A stretch of DNA of 64,000 nt from Candidatus Microgenomates bacterium (GTDB lineage Bacteria > Patescibacteriota > Microgenomatia > Levybacterales > UBA12049): contig JANWKV010000017.1 of assembly GCA_025451195.1 (NCBI GenBank), positions 2,471 through 66,470 on the forward strand, written 5' to 3'. The position numbers and the translations under genes were made by a program. Below the pieces are notes generated by a model. That model did not search any database. It worked only from the letters and a program-made list of their open reading frames with translations, and was not told the DNA's origin. Positions 15,995 through 25,473 of the stretch are shown here, piece after piece. Positions within the stretch are counted from its first letter, which is position 1. Each line of letters begins with the position of its first letter.

Positions 15995-18226
15995 TTACGG
16001 TGTAGGAGTAGGTGTTTGCGTGCCGGACGGATTTAAAAGGTCTGCAGGAGGATACCATTGGTAATCTGCTGCGGAATGAGTACGTTTTATCCAATCATCT
16101 ATTCCTTGTTGCCATCTATTCTGTCCATCTGTAGAAACAGGATCGTCTTCTTTTACAACGTAATATGTTTTTCCGTCCTTCTCTTGATAAAAAGGGGATA
16201 CAGAAGTTGGTTCCGTACCTTTAATAAAATATTCTGACCTTGTTGGCATATCTTTATAAGGTAGACCTCCAAACAAACTGTCTATTGTAACTGCTATAAC
16301 ATCATCCGGTTTTTGAGGAGGCTCATCTTTTTTCCCTTTTAATACATAAGACATTATTTTATTCCAAATTGGCGAAGCACCTGTCTCACCGCTTGATATT
16401 GCCTGATTCATAACAGAATTGTCATTGTTGCCAACCCAAACACCTACAACATATGACGGTGTGTAACCAATTGCCCAGTTATCTCTTTTTTCATCTGTTG
16501 TTCCTGTTTTAACGCTGACTGTTTTACCCGGCACAACAAGCCAGGAATTTGGCCCAAAATCCATGGTGCGGGCGTTATTATCCAGAAGAATGTGGGATAT
16601 TAAAAATGAAACTTCGGGCGACAAAACTCTTGGGCCTGGTTGTGGATGCGCTTGATACAAAACATTACCGTGACTGTCGGTAACTTTTAGTATAAAAATC
16701 GGGTCTTGCCTAATTCCTTCGTTTGCAAAAACACCGTATGCTGTTACTTCGTCTAAAAGCGTTGTTTCCCGCCCTCCCAGCACAAGAGATAAACCAACAT
16801 CCTGAACATTTTCAGGTGTTGGGTCCCAATTTTGAATTCCCATTTGGTACCCTTGCTGCATAACATCCCGAATTCCAACTCGTGCAAGCATTTTTACGGC
16901 AGGAATATTTAGAGAATTTCCAAGCGCAAAACGTAACTGCTGAGGTCCATGGTCTTTTCCGTCATAATTTACCGGAGTATAAATTGGATTTTTGGGATCA
17001 CCCGATGGAAAATCTGTCTTTACATCCATAACTACACTGCCGGGAGTATAACCCTTTTGGAAAGCAACTGCATACATAATAGGTTTAAGCGAAGATCCGG
17101 GCTGTCTGTTGGCAACAGCGGCATTAAAATTTCCATCGTTTGCCGTGTCAAAATAATCTTTAGACCCAACCATGCTAAGTATTTCTCCGGTTTTTGCGTC
17201 GGATACAATCGATGCTCCATTTCCAACATGGTAATCCTTTAATTTGTCTATTTCCGTATTTACAATATTTTCGGCCTGTTTTTGAATAGAATAATCAAGT
17301 GTTGTTGTAACCTGTAATCCTCCATTTTCCACTTGTTGGTCTGTAAAGTGAAGTTGATTAATTAGAAGTTGTTTTACATACATAACAAAATGTGGAGCTT
17401 TAATAGACGTATTATTGTCGGAAAATACCATCGCTTTTATCTCACTTAATGCACTATCAGATTGTTTTTGTGTTATATATCCATCTGCTACCATTTGAGC
17501 CAATACATCTTGAGACCTGCCAATATAATACTTATTTCCGCTTAGAGGATTATATATACTTGGGCCTTGCGGCAACCCCGCAAGAAGAGCACATTGGGCT
17601 AAATCCAAATCGTTTACATGCTTTCCAAAATAAGTTTCCGATGCCGCTTCAACTCCAACATTTGCACCGCCATACGGAACATCATTAAGATACATTTCTA
17701 AGATTTGGTCTTTACTGTATCTTTTGTCTACCTGAATGGCCAAAATTAATTCTTTTATTTTTCTGGGAAGTGTACGCTCTGAAGATATAAGTGTATTGCG
17801 AACTAATTGCTGTGTAATTCCGGAGCCGCCGGTAACTCTACCTTCTAAAACAATATCTTTAATTACACGAAGGTAACTAAGCGGAGAAAATCCTTGGTTT
17901 GAGTAGAAATTTTTATCTTCTATTGCAATAGTTGCGCTTTGTAGATTTTTAGGAATATCGGAAAGATTTACATAAACTCTGTTTTGCGAGGCATAAACCG
18001 AATATAATAGTATACCTGTTCTATCAAAAATCCGTGTTGATTCCGCTTCTTGTGCTGTAACCAACTTACCAGGCGTTGGTAAATCCCTGCTGTACCAAAT
18101 AAAAGCCACTACCGTAAGTATAACCAAACCTATAAGGGCGTAGAATGCGTATGTTGTTAGTTTGCTAAAAAGAACAATTCTTGACCCTCTGAGGGCAATT
18201 CTTTGTCTCCTGCTCTTAAAACCCAT
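15995..18226 (-). CDS. Class A penicillin-binding protein (PBP1A family)
   Basis: N-terminal TM helix, EDKNFY, GSGITQQL, RKIKE, SSLK (SxxK), SLN and KTGT motifs. Confidence 0.93.
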   Translation of the reverse strand: MGFKSRRQRIALRGSRIVLFSKLTTYAFYALIGLVILTVVAFIWYSRDLPTPGKLVTAQEAESTRIFDRTGILLYSVYASQNRVYVNLSDIPKNLQSATIAIEDKNFYSNQGFSPLSYLRVIKDIVLEGRVTGGSGITQQLVRNTLISSERTLPRKIKELILAIQVDKRYSKDQILEMYLNDVPYGGANVGVEAASETYFGKHVNDLDLAQCALLAGLPQGPSIYNPLSGNKYYIGRSQDVLAQMVADGYITQKQSDSALSEIKAMVFSDNNTSIKAPHFVMYVKQLLINQLHFTDQQVENGGLQVTTTLDYSIQKQAENIVNTEIDKLKDYHVGNGASIVSDAKTGEILSMVGSKDYFDTANDGNFNAAVANRQPGSSLKPIMYAVAFQKGYTPGSVVMDVKTDFPSGDPKNPIYTPVNYDGKDHGPQQLRFALGNSLNIPAVKMLARVGIRDVMQQGYQMGIQNWDPTPENVQDVGLSLVLGGRETTLLDEVTAYGVFANEGIRQDPIFILKVTDSHGNVLYQAHPQPGPRVLSPEVSFLISHILLDNNARTMDFGPNSWLVVPGKTVSVKTGTTDEKRDNWAIGYTPSYVVGVWVGNNDNSVMNQAISSGETGASPIWNKIMSYVLKGKKDEPPQKPDDVIAVTIDSLFGGLPYKDMPTRSEYFIKGTEPTSVSPFYQEKDGKTYYVVKEDDPVSTDGQNRWQQGIDDWIKRTHSAADYQWYPPADLLNPSGTQTPTPTP

Positions 18227-18266
18227 ACAAATATTATAACTATCTAAAGCCGTTAAGGCAATAAAT

Positions 18267-18295
18267 TTGACATTAAAAAGGAAACCTGAGATAAT
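18267..18295 (+). promoter_or_regulatory. Sigma70 promoter of the aro operon
   Basis: TTGACA (18267-18272), 17 bp spacer, GATAAT (18290-18295). Confidence 0.75.
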
Positions 18296-18302
18296 ATTTT
18301 TT

Positions 18303-18368
18303 GTGAGAAAGTTACAACAGAAAAATAGTTTTTGGTTTTATTTTACTTCCCTCCGGGAGGAGGCTTAA
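18303..18368 (+). CDS. Aromatic amino-acid leader peptide MRKLQQKNSFWFYFTSLREEA
   Basis: GTG-start 21-codon ORF with a Phe-Trp-Phe-Tyr-Phe run, directly upstream of a terminator and the aro operon. Confidence 0.85.
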   Translation: MRKLQQKNSFWFYFTSLREEA

Positions 18369-18420
18369 GGCTGTAAAATAAAGCCATAAAGCACTTACCT
18401 CCCAAGCGGGAGGTTTTTTT
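18330..18420 (+). promoter_or_regulatory. Ribosome-dependent transcription attenuator (aro)
   Basis: TGGTTTTATTTTAC/GTAAAATAAAGCCA protector hairpin; GGGAGG (18355-18360)/CCTCCC antiterminator; terminator ACCTCCC-AAGC-GGGAGGT plus T-tract (18397-18420). Confidence 0.85.
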
Positions 18421-18433
18421 ATGTTTAAAATAT

Positions 18434-19276
18434 ATGATTTCAACTAAATTACGAAGAAAAATTATAATTGCAGGGCCTTGTGGGGCAGAAACAAAGGAAC
18501 AAATTGAAGATTCTGTGCGTGAAGCTAAGAATCTCCAGGTTGATTTTTTACGGGTAAATCTTTGGAAGCCACGCACAAAACCAGGTTTTGAAGGATTACA
18601 AAAAGAGGGATTGGAACTTATGATCGCGGCCGCAAAAGCCGGAATTACACCTGGCACAGAAGTTATCATGCCTCAGCATGCAAAACTTGTTATAAAACAT
18701 GTGCTGGCGGCAACAAAAAACGGTAAAGTGCTTATCTGGATTGGAGCGCGCAACCAGAACCATTTTATCCAAAGAGAAATATCAAAAATTGCATCCAAAA
18801 ACAACAGAGTTATTCTTATGGTAAAAAATCAAATCTGGCATAACGAAAAACACTGGGAAGGAATTGTGGAACATATCATGTCAGGCGGGATTAAGAAGGA
18901 AAACCTGTTACTTTGCCATAGGGGATTTGCGCCAATTGGAGAAAATCCAAACGGCTACAGGAATGTTCCGGATTTTGACATGGCAATGAGAATAAAAGAA
19001 AAAACGGGAATTCCCATGATTTTTGATCCATCCCATACAGGAGGAAGTATTGAAAAAGTATTTAAAATTTCACAAGAGGCGGATAACTTCGACTTTGACG
19101 GATACATGGTAGAAGTTCATCCAAATCCTAAACAAGCCTTGTCTGATGCAGATCAGCAATTAACATGGACTCAATTTAAATTGTTGCTCAAAGATCTATA
19201 TAATAGAAGAGTGGAGAAAACCAAAAGCCCTGATAAATTTTTAAGTAAAATTATTTATGAAAAAATTGTTAATTAA
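18434..19276 (+). CDS. aroF: DAHP synthase (class I-beta, no regulatory domain)
   Basis: IAGPC, WKPRT, IGARN, HRGF, DPSH, EVHP-P-A-SD motifs. Confidence 0.88.
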   Translation: MISTKLRRKIIIAGPCGAETKEQIEDSVREAKNLQVDFLRVNLWKPRTKPGFEGLQKEGLELMIAAAKAGITPGTEVIMPQHAKLVIKHVLAATKNGKVLIWIGARNQNHFIQREISKIASKNNRVILMVKNQIWHNEKHWEGIVEHIMSGGIKKENLLLCHRGFAPIGENPNGYRNVPDFDMAMRIKEKTGIPMIFDPSHTGGSIEKVFKISQEADNFDFDGYMVEVHPNPKQALSDADQQLTWTQFKLLLKDLYNRRVEKTKSPDKFLSKIIYEKIVN

Positions 19277-20342
19277 CATTAAAGAGCAAAAGCAGGTTTC
19301 TTATCCGATTTTTATTGGAGAGGATATCCTTTTTAAAATAACGTCTCTTTGTGATTTGTCTAAATATTCAAAAATTGCCGTTGTAACCGATAAAGTAGTA
19401 GAAAAATTACTTCTTAAAAATTCAAGGCAGTTTTTGCCGGAAAATTCTTTTATTATCGTTTTACCATATGGTGAAAGAGCAAAAAATATAGACTGTGTTG
19501 AAGAAATATGGAGGGAATTATTTGAAAACGGATGTGACAGAAAATCAATTGTTATAAATATCGGCGGGGGAGTAATTACAGATATCGGCGGATTTGCGGC
19601 AAGTACTTACATGCGTGGAATTCCATTTATAAATGCACCGACAACTCTTCTTTCTCAGGTTGATGCAAGTATTGGCGGAAAAACAGGAATAAATTTTAAT
19701 GAAATAAAAAATCTGGTTGGCACTTTTGACCAACCAAAAGCAATTATTATTGATACCTCTGTTTTGAAAACTTTGCCGGAAAGAGAATTTGTTTCAGGAT
19801 TTGGGGAAATAATTAAACATGGTCTTATTTCGGATAAAAATTATTTTGAATACGTTACCTCAAAAAAGCCTTATGAATTTACACAGGAAGAACTGGTTGG
19901 AATTATCGAAAAATCCTGCGAACTAAAAGGATCGTTTGTAGGAGAGGACGAGAAAGAAGGAGAATTAAGAAAAACTATAAATTTTGGCCATACTATTGGC
20001 CATGCTCTGGAAAGCTTAAGTTTTGAGACAGACAAACCGCTTACTCATGGCGAAGCAATAAGCATTGGCATGGTTGCAGAATCTTACATTTCGGTTTTTA
20101 CGAATTTATTAAAAGAAAACGAAATTGGAATAATTAAAAATGGCTTTGTTCATGCGGGCTTGCCAATAAGTTACAAGAACATCGATGAAAAAAGGGTTTT
20201 GGAAAAAATTAAGGGCGATAAAAAAAATGAGAGAGGATTAACAAATTTTACTCTTTTACGGGGAATTGGAAAATCTTTAATAAATCAGAAAGTTAGTTCA
20301 AAAATAATACTTGATGCACTTAAAAAAATAAATGAACTATGA
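19257..20342 (+). CDS. aroB: 3-dehydroquinate synthase
   Basis: GGGVITDIGGF, PTTLLSQVDASIGGKTG, NFGHTIGHALE, HGEA motifs. Confidence 0.96.
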   Translation: MKKLLINIKEQKQVSYPIFIGEDILFKITSLCDLSKYSKIAVVTDKVVEKLLLKNSRQFLPENSFIIVLPYGERAKNIDCVEEIWRELFENGCDRKSIVINIGGGVITDIGGFAASTYMRGIPFINAPTTLLSQVDASIGGKTGINFNEIKNLVGTFDQPKAIIIDTSVLKTLPEREFVSGFGEIIKHGLISDKNYFEYVTSKKPYEFTQEELVGIIEKSCELKGSFVGEDEKEGELRKTINFGHTIGHALESLSFETDKPLTHGEAISIGMVAESYISVFTNLLKENEIGIIKNGFVHAGLPISYKNIDEKRVLEKIKGDKKNERGLTNFTLLRGIGKSLINQKVSSKIILDALKKINEL

Positions 20343-22132
20343 ATATAGAATTATTACCGTTAAAAAATCCCGCGAACATACGGATTAAAATTCCCGGTTC
20401 TAAAAGTTATACAAATAGAGCTCTTATTTTAGCATCTCTTACAAAAGGCGTTGTAGAAATAATAAATCCGCTTTTTTCCGATGATACAAATGCAATGATT
20501 GATTGCCTAAAAACTCTTGGGATAAAAATAAACATTCAGCCGGAAAAAATTGTAGTAGCGGGAGATATTTCTGATGTAAAAAATTCCAGATTTATTCTTA
20601 ATGCAAATTTATCGGCAACTACGATAAGATTTATTTTAGCTCTTTGCTATTTAACAAAAGGTGAAAAAATCTTAACTGGAAAACCAGGACTTTTAATGCG
20701 CCCAATTAAAGACTTGGTTGACGGCTTGAAAAAACTGGGCGCAAAAATTGTATACCTTGATAAAAAAGGTTTTCCTCCTGTAAAAGTTTTCCCAATGGTA
20801 TCGGTAATGAAAACAAAAAACATAAAACTAAATGGAAACATAAGCAGTCAATTCTTATCCGCACTGCTTATGACAGCACCTATTCTCGGAGAAATAAAAA
20901 TTGAAGTAGGAAATCTCACATCTATTCCATATGTTGATATGACAATCGAAATGTTAAACCGGTTTGGTATTAATGTTGTAAATGAAAATTACAAAAAATT
21001 TATTGTATTTAAAGATCAAACTTATAAAGCAAACGCTGTTATGATCGAAGGGGATTATTCAAGCGCAACATATTTTGCGGCTGCCGCCGCTATTACAAAA
21101 TCAACGGTGGTTTTAGAAAACCTTAAAACACCTTCTAAACAGGCGGATGCAAAATTTTTTAAAATTCTTGAGGAAATGGGAAATAAAATTACAAGAAAAT
21201 CAAGTGAAATTACCGTTGAAGGAAAAGGCGTTAAGCCTGTTACGGTTGATATGAAAGATTGTCCTGATAGTATCCAAACTTTAGCTGTTTTATCGTCTTT
21301 TGCCAAGGGGCAAACAAAAATTTCCGGGATCCAAACACTGAAGTTTAAAGAAACAAACAGAGTCAACGCAATCGCCAGCCAGTTAAAGAAAATGAAAATT
21401 AAAACAGAAGTTATAAAAAATGTATTAATAATTTATGGAGGAAACCCAAAATCGGCAATTATAAAAACTTATGATGACCATAGAATGGCAATGTCTTTTG
21501 CGGTTGTTGGAAGCAAATTAAATGGAATTATTATAGAAAATCCTAAAGTTGTTGACAAAACTTTTCCATTATTTTGGGAAGAAATTAAAAAATTAGGGAT
21601 TGGCATAAAAAAAATAGAACCGTCTAAACTTGTTCTAATTGGATTTATGGGAGCGGGAAAAAGCTCTGTTGCGCCTCTTTTGGCCAAAAAACTTAACAAA
21701 GAGGCAGTGGAAATGGATCTTATTATAGCTAAAAAGGCAAAAAGAGAGTCAGTTGCTCAAATTTTTGAAAAAGACGGTGAGAAAACTTTCAGATTATTAG
21801 AACTAAAGACAGCAAAAAAGCTCGAGCAAAAAAAAGATATTGTTATTTCAACGGGCGGGGGAGTGATTATGAATAGCAAACTCATGGAACATCTAAAAAA
21901 AGACAGTCTTGTTGTTTTTTTAGATACCGAATTTGAGACTATAAAAAAACGTCTCGCGGATTTTTCTGATAGACCATTATGGAAAAATGAGAAAAAGACG
22001 AAAGAACTTTTTGACACCAGACTTCCTCTTTATTATAAGTACTCTGACTTTATCGTAAAAACAGATGGAAAGTCTTTAGGAATGATTGTTAACGAAGTTA
22101 ATGAAGTTTTTGAAAACTTAGAAAGCTTATGA
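20339..22132 (+). CDS. aroA: EPSP synthase fused to C-terminal shikimate kinase (AroA-AroK)
   Basis: PGSKSYTNRAL, SSQFLS, EGDYSSA, KETNR, DDHRMAM, then GFMGAGKS and ISTGGG. Confidence 0.93.
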   Translation: MNIELLPLKNPANIRIKIPGSKSYTNRALILASLTKGVVEIINPLFSDDTNAMIDCLKTLGIKINIQPEKIVVAGDISDVKNSRFILNANLSATTIRFILALCYLTKGEKILTGKPGLLMRPIKDLVDGLKKLGAKIVYLDKKGFPPVKVFPMVSVMKTKNIKLNGNISSQFLSALLMTAPILGEIKIEVGNLTSIPYVDMTIEMLNRFGINVVNENYKKFIVFKDQTYKANAVMIEGDYSSATYFAAAAAITKSTVVLENLKTPSKQADAKFFKILEEMGNKITRKSSEITVEGKGVKPVTVDMKDCPDSIQTLAVLSSFAKGQTKISGIQTLKFKETNRVNAIASQLKKMKIKTEVIKNVLIIYGGNPKSAIIKTYDDHRMAMSFAVVGSKLNGIIIENPKVVDKTFPLFWEEIKKLGIGIKKIEPSKLVLIGFMGAGKSSVAPLLAKKLNKEAVEMDLIIAKKAKRESVAQIFEKDGEKTFRLLELKTAKKLEQKKDIVISTGGGVIMNSKLMEHLKKDSLVVFLDTEFETIKKRLADFSDRPLWKNEKKTKELFDTRLPLYYKYSDFIVKTDGKSLGMIVNEVNEVFENLESL

Positions 22133-22962
22133 ATATAACAGCAACAACTAAAATTTGTTTGGTGATTGGAGACCCGGTTAATCATTCACTCTCTCCTCAA
22201 ATGCACAATACAGCATACGCCGCACTGGGTATTGATGATAAATTTATTCATCTGGCAGCAGAAATAAAAATTGAGAATATTGGCGAAATTGTTAAAGCAG
22301 TAAGACTCCTTAAGATAAGAGGCCTCACGTGCACAATTCCGCATAAGATTACAATCATGAAATACCTGGATAAAATCGACGGAGTCGCGAAAAAGATAGG
22401 CGCGGCAAATTCCATCGTAAATAATAATGGAGTTTTAACGGGATTCAATACTGATTGGGTCGGAGTTTCAAAATCGTTTGAAAATGTAACGCGTGTTAAG
22501 AATAAAAAGGCAGCAGTTATCGGATCCGGAGGGGCAGCAAGGGCGTTTATTTATGCTCTTACCGTAGGCGGAGCAAAAGTAACTGTTTTTACAAGAAACA
22601 TAAAAAATGTTAAAAGTCTTTCTGATGAGTTTGGAGTAAAAATTAAATCTTTTGAACAAATTAGTGAAATTGTAGATGAAGAAATAGTTTGCAACGCAAC
22701 GCCGGTTGGGATGTATCCAAAAATTGATGATTCTATTATTCCTAAAGAATATATAAAGAGAAACCATATTATATTTGACGCTGTTTACAATCCTTTCGAA
22801 ACAAAATTACTAAAAGAGTCGTTGGATAAAGGCGCGACTATTATTCATGGGTATAAAATGCTTCTATTTGAGGCAGCAGAAAAGTTCAAATTGTATACGG
22901 GCTATGACGCTCCAATTGATGTAATGGAAAATGAATTACTTAAAAATTTACAAAATCTATGA
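22129..22962 (+). CDS. aroE: Shikimate dehydrogenase
   Basis: HSLSPQMHN, TIPHK, NTDWVG, GSGGAARA, NATPVGM, DAVYNP motifs. Confidence 0.95.
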   Translation: MNITATTKICLVIGDPVNHSLSPQMHNTAYAALGIDDKFIHLAAEIKIENIGEIVKAVRLLKIRGLTCTIPHKITIMKYLDKIDGVAKKIGAANSIVNNNGVLTGFNTDWVGVSKSFENVTRVKNKKAAVIGSGGAARAFIYALTVGGAKVTVFTRNIKNVKSLSDEFGVKIKSFEQISEIVDEEIVCNATPVGMYPKIDDSIIPKEYIKRNHIIFDAVYNPFETKLLKESLDKGATIIHGYKMLLFEAAEKFKLYTGYDAPIDVMENELLKNLQNL

Positions 22963-23636
22963 TTGCAAAATTTTGCTTACCGATTTTAGTAAAAACTAAA
23001 AAAGAAGTTCTGAAAAAAATTACTGAAAATAAAAACCAGTACGATATGTTTGAAGTCTGGATAAGTTCTTTAAAAGAACCTTTTCCGGTTATTCTGGACT
23101 TGATTCAGAACCTTTCTAAAGAACTTCAAGGAAAACTTATAATTGTTTTCAGAGACCGCAACGGAAAAGTTATAATGGAAAAAGACAAAAAGGAAAATAT
23201 ACTTTCTCTTTGTAATAATTCCAAAGTTTTGGTTGATATAGATTTTGAAAACCAAAAAGAAGATTTACAGTTTATAAATATAAACAAGTTAAAAATAAAA
23301 ATTCTCCTTTCTTACCATAACTTTGAAGAGACTCCACATAATTTAATAGAAATAATTGATAGAATGGAAAAAATAAAACCGGAAATAATAAAACTCGCAA
23401 CCAAATGCAATAGCAACACAGATTCGATTAAATTACTTGGACTTTTACTGTTTTGTAAAAAGCGAGGTCTTAAATGCATTGTTTTGGGAATGGGAAAATT
23501 TGGAGTTATTACAAGAATATTTGGCTCTTTATGGGGAAATGAAATCGTTTTTGCGCCGGTTGAAAAAAGGCAAGCAAGCGCATCTGGACAATTAACAGTC
23601 GGACAACTTAAAGATATTTTTGCTATATTAAAATAA
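22959..23636 (+). CDS. aroD: Type I 3-dehydroquinate dehydratase
   Basis: SYHNFEETP, IIKLA, MGKFGVITRI, ASGQL motifs. Confidence 0.88.
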   Translation: MIAKFCLPILVKTKKEVLKKITENKNQYDMFEVWISSLKEPFPVILDLIQNLSKELQGKLIIVFRDRNGKVIMEKDKKENILSLCNNSKVLVDIDFENQKEDLQFININKLKIKILLSYHNFEETPHNLIEIIDRMEKIKPEIIKLATKCNSNTDSIKLLGLLLFCKKRGLKCIVLGMGKFGVITRIFGSLWGNEIVFAPVEKRQASASGQLTVGQLKDIFAILK

Positions 23637-23638
23637 CT

Positions 23639-24724
23639 ATGCCGGGAAATACATTTGGACAATTGTTTAGAGTTACAACTTTTGGTGAATCGCACGGAGG
23701 GTGTGTAGGGTGTGTCGTGGATGGGTGCCCTCCGGGTCTTTCTATATCTGTTGGGGAAATTCAAAAAGAATTGGACAGAAGAAAACCCGGTCAAAGCGCA
23801 ATAACTTCTCCCAGAAAAGAAGAGGACGAAATAGAAATTTTGTCGGGGATTTTCGAAGGAAAGACAACTGGTACTCCAATTTTACTCCTTGCCAAAAATA
23901 AAGACATGAAGCCAGAGGATTATTCAGAACTTTCAAAACTTTACAGACCCGGTCATGCAGATTATACATTTGAAAAAAAATACGGGCTTCGTGACCCAAG
24001 GGGGAGCGGCCGTGCATCGGCTAGGGAAACCTTGGCACGCGTTGCGGCAGGAGCAATTGCTAAAAAATTTCTTAAAGAAAAATTAGGGATAGAAATATTA
24101 AGCTTTGTTGAACAAGTTGGAGAAATTAAAACAAACATTGATTTTAATCATGTTACTTCAGAGCAAATTGAGTCAAACGAAATCCGCTGCCCGGACATTG
24201 ATATTGCCGGACAAATGATAAGCCTTATCGAGAAAGTAAGAGATGAGGGAGACTCAGTAGGAGGAGTCGTAAGAGGTATTATTAAAAATGTCCCGGTCGG
24301 ACTTGGTGAACCGGTCTTTGACAAACTACCCGCAGATTTGAGTAAAGCTATGATGAGTATTAATGCGACAAAGGGATTTGAATTCGGATCCGGTTTTGAA
24401 GGAGTAAAGAAAAAAGGGAGCGAACATAACGACGAGTTTGAAGTTGATGAAAAAGGCAACGTTAAAACAAAAACAAATAATGCGGGCGGGACTTTAGGCG
24501 GAATTTCAGACGGTCAGCCTATTTATTTTAGAGTTGCATTTAAACCCGTTTCTACAATAAAAAAGAAGCAAAAAACAATAAACAGAAATAACCAAAACGT
24601 TGAACTTGAAGCCAGTGGACGCCATGATCCTTGCGTTCTGCCAAGAGCAGTCCCAATTGTTGATGCAATGGCGGCACTTACTGTTATGGATCACTACCTT
24701 CGTCACAAAGCTCAGAATTTATGA
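23639..24724 (+). CDS. aroC: Chorismate synthase
   Basis: TFGESHG, RPGHAD, RASARET, GRHDPCV motifs. Confidence 0.97.
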   Translation: MPGNTFGQLFRVTTFGESHGGCVGCVVDGCPPGLSISVGEIQKELDRRKPGQSAITSPRKEEDEIEILSGIFEGKTTGTPILLLAKNKDMKPEDYSELSKLYRPGHADYTFEKKYGLRDPRGSGRASARETLARVAAGAIAKKFLKEKLGIEILSFVEQVGEIKTNIDFNHVTSEQIESNEIRCPDIDIAGQMISLIEKVRDEGDSVGGVVRGIIKNVPVGLGEPVFDKLPADLSKAMMSINATKGFEFGSGFEGVKKKGSEHNDEFEVDEKGNVKTKTNNAGGTLGGISDGQPIYFRVAFKPVSTIKKKQKTINRNNQNVELEASGRHDPCVLPRAVPIVDAMAALTVMDHYLRHKAQNL

Positions 24725-25473
24725 ATATGGATTCGATAGAAAGTAAAACTATTGGTGTTATTGGATTTGGAAATTTTGGCAAAGTAATTTGTAAATATTT
24801 ATTTCCAAAAAATAAAATTGCCGTTTATTCTAACGAACTAAATAATGTTAACCCTTTCAATAACTGTAAGCCTTGTGGATCTTTAAAAGATCTTGTAAAT
24901 TCCGCGGATATTATTATTCCCGCCATACCTATAAAAAAATTTGAGGAAGTAATAAAACAAATTTCCTCAACAATAGCAGAAAACCAAATTGTGATGGAAA
25001 TATGTTCCGTAATGGAATATCCTGTTGAAGTTATGAAAAAATACCTTCCGGAAAATTCAAAAATGATCGCTTCCCATCCGATGTTTGGCCCAAATTCAAT
25101 TCAAAAAAATAAAAACATTCTAAATGGTTTTAAAATTGTGTTATCAAACATTTCTTTGGATAAAAATTTGTATTCTCTTTTTAAAAACTATTTTTTAAAC
25201 CTCAACCTGAACGTGGTTGAATTAAGCCCGGTAGAACACGATGAATATTCTGCAAAATCGCAATTCTTTGCGCTGCTGATTGGCCAGATTGCGCAAGATT
25301 TACATCTTAAAAAAACACAAATTGATACACCTGGCGCAAATGCAATATTTGACTCCATACCTTTTATGGGACCGGACAGAGAAATAATTGAGGACATGAT
25401 AACATACAATAAATTTTGCAGTAAGATCCATAAAGAAATTGTTACTGTTTTAGACGGTTTGAAAAACTCATGA
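24721..25473 (+). CDS. tyrA: Prephenate/arogenate dehydrogenase
   Basis: GFGNFG Rossmann motif, SHPMFGP, EHD. Confidence 0.85.
   Translation: MNMDSIESKTIGVIGFGNFGKVICKYLFPKNKIAVYSNELNNVNPFNNCKPCGSLKDLVNSADIIIPAIPIKKFEEVIKQISSTIAENQIVMEICSVMEYPVEVMKKYLPENSKMIASHPMFGPNSIQKNKNILNGFKIVLSNISLDKNLYSLFKNYFLNLNLNVVELSPVEHDEYSAKSQFFALLIGQIAQDLHLKKTQIDTPGANAIFDSIPFMGPDREIIEDMITYNKFCSKIHKEIVTVLDGLKNS

Noticed and set aside
18343-18669. Minus-strand 108 aa ORF and the many other 60-250 aa antisense ORFs in the track
   Set aside because: They lie opposite well-supported genes and show no motifs; they are shadow ORFs.
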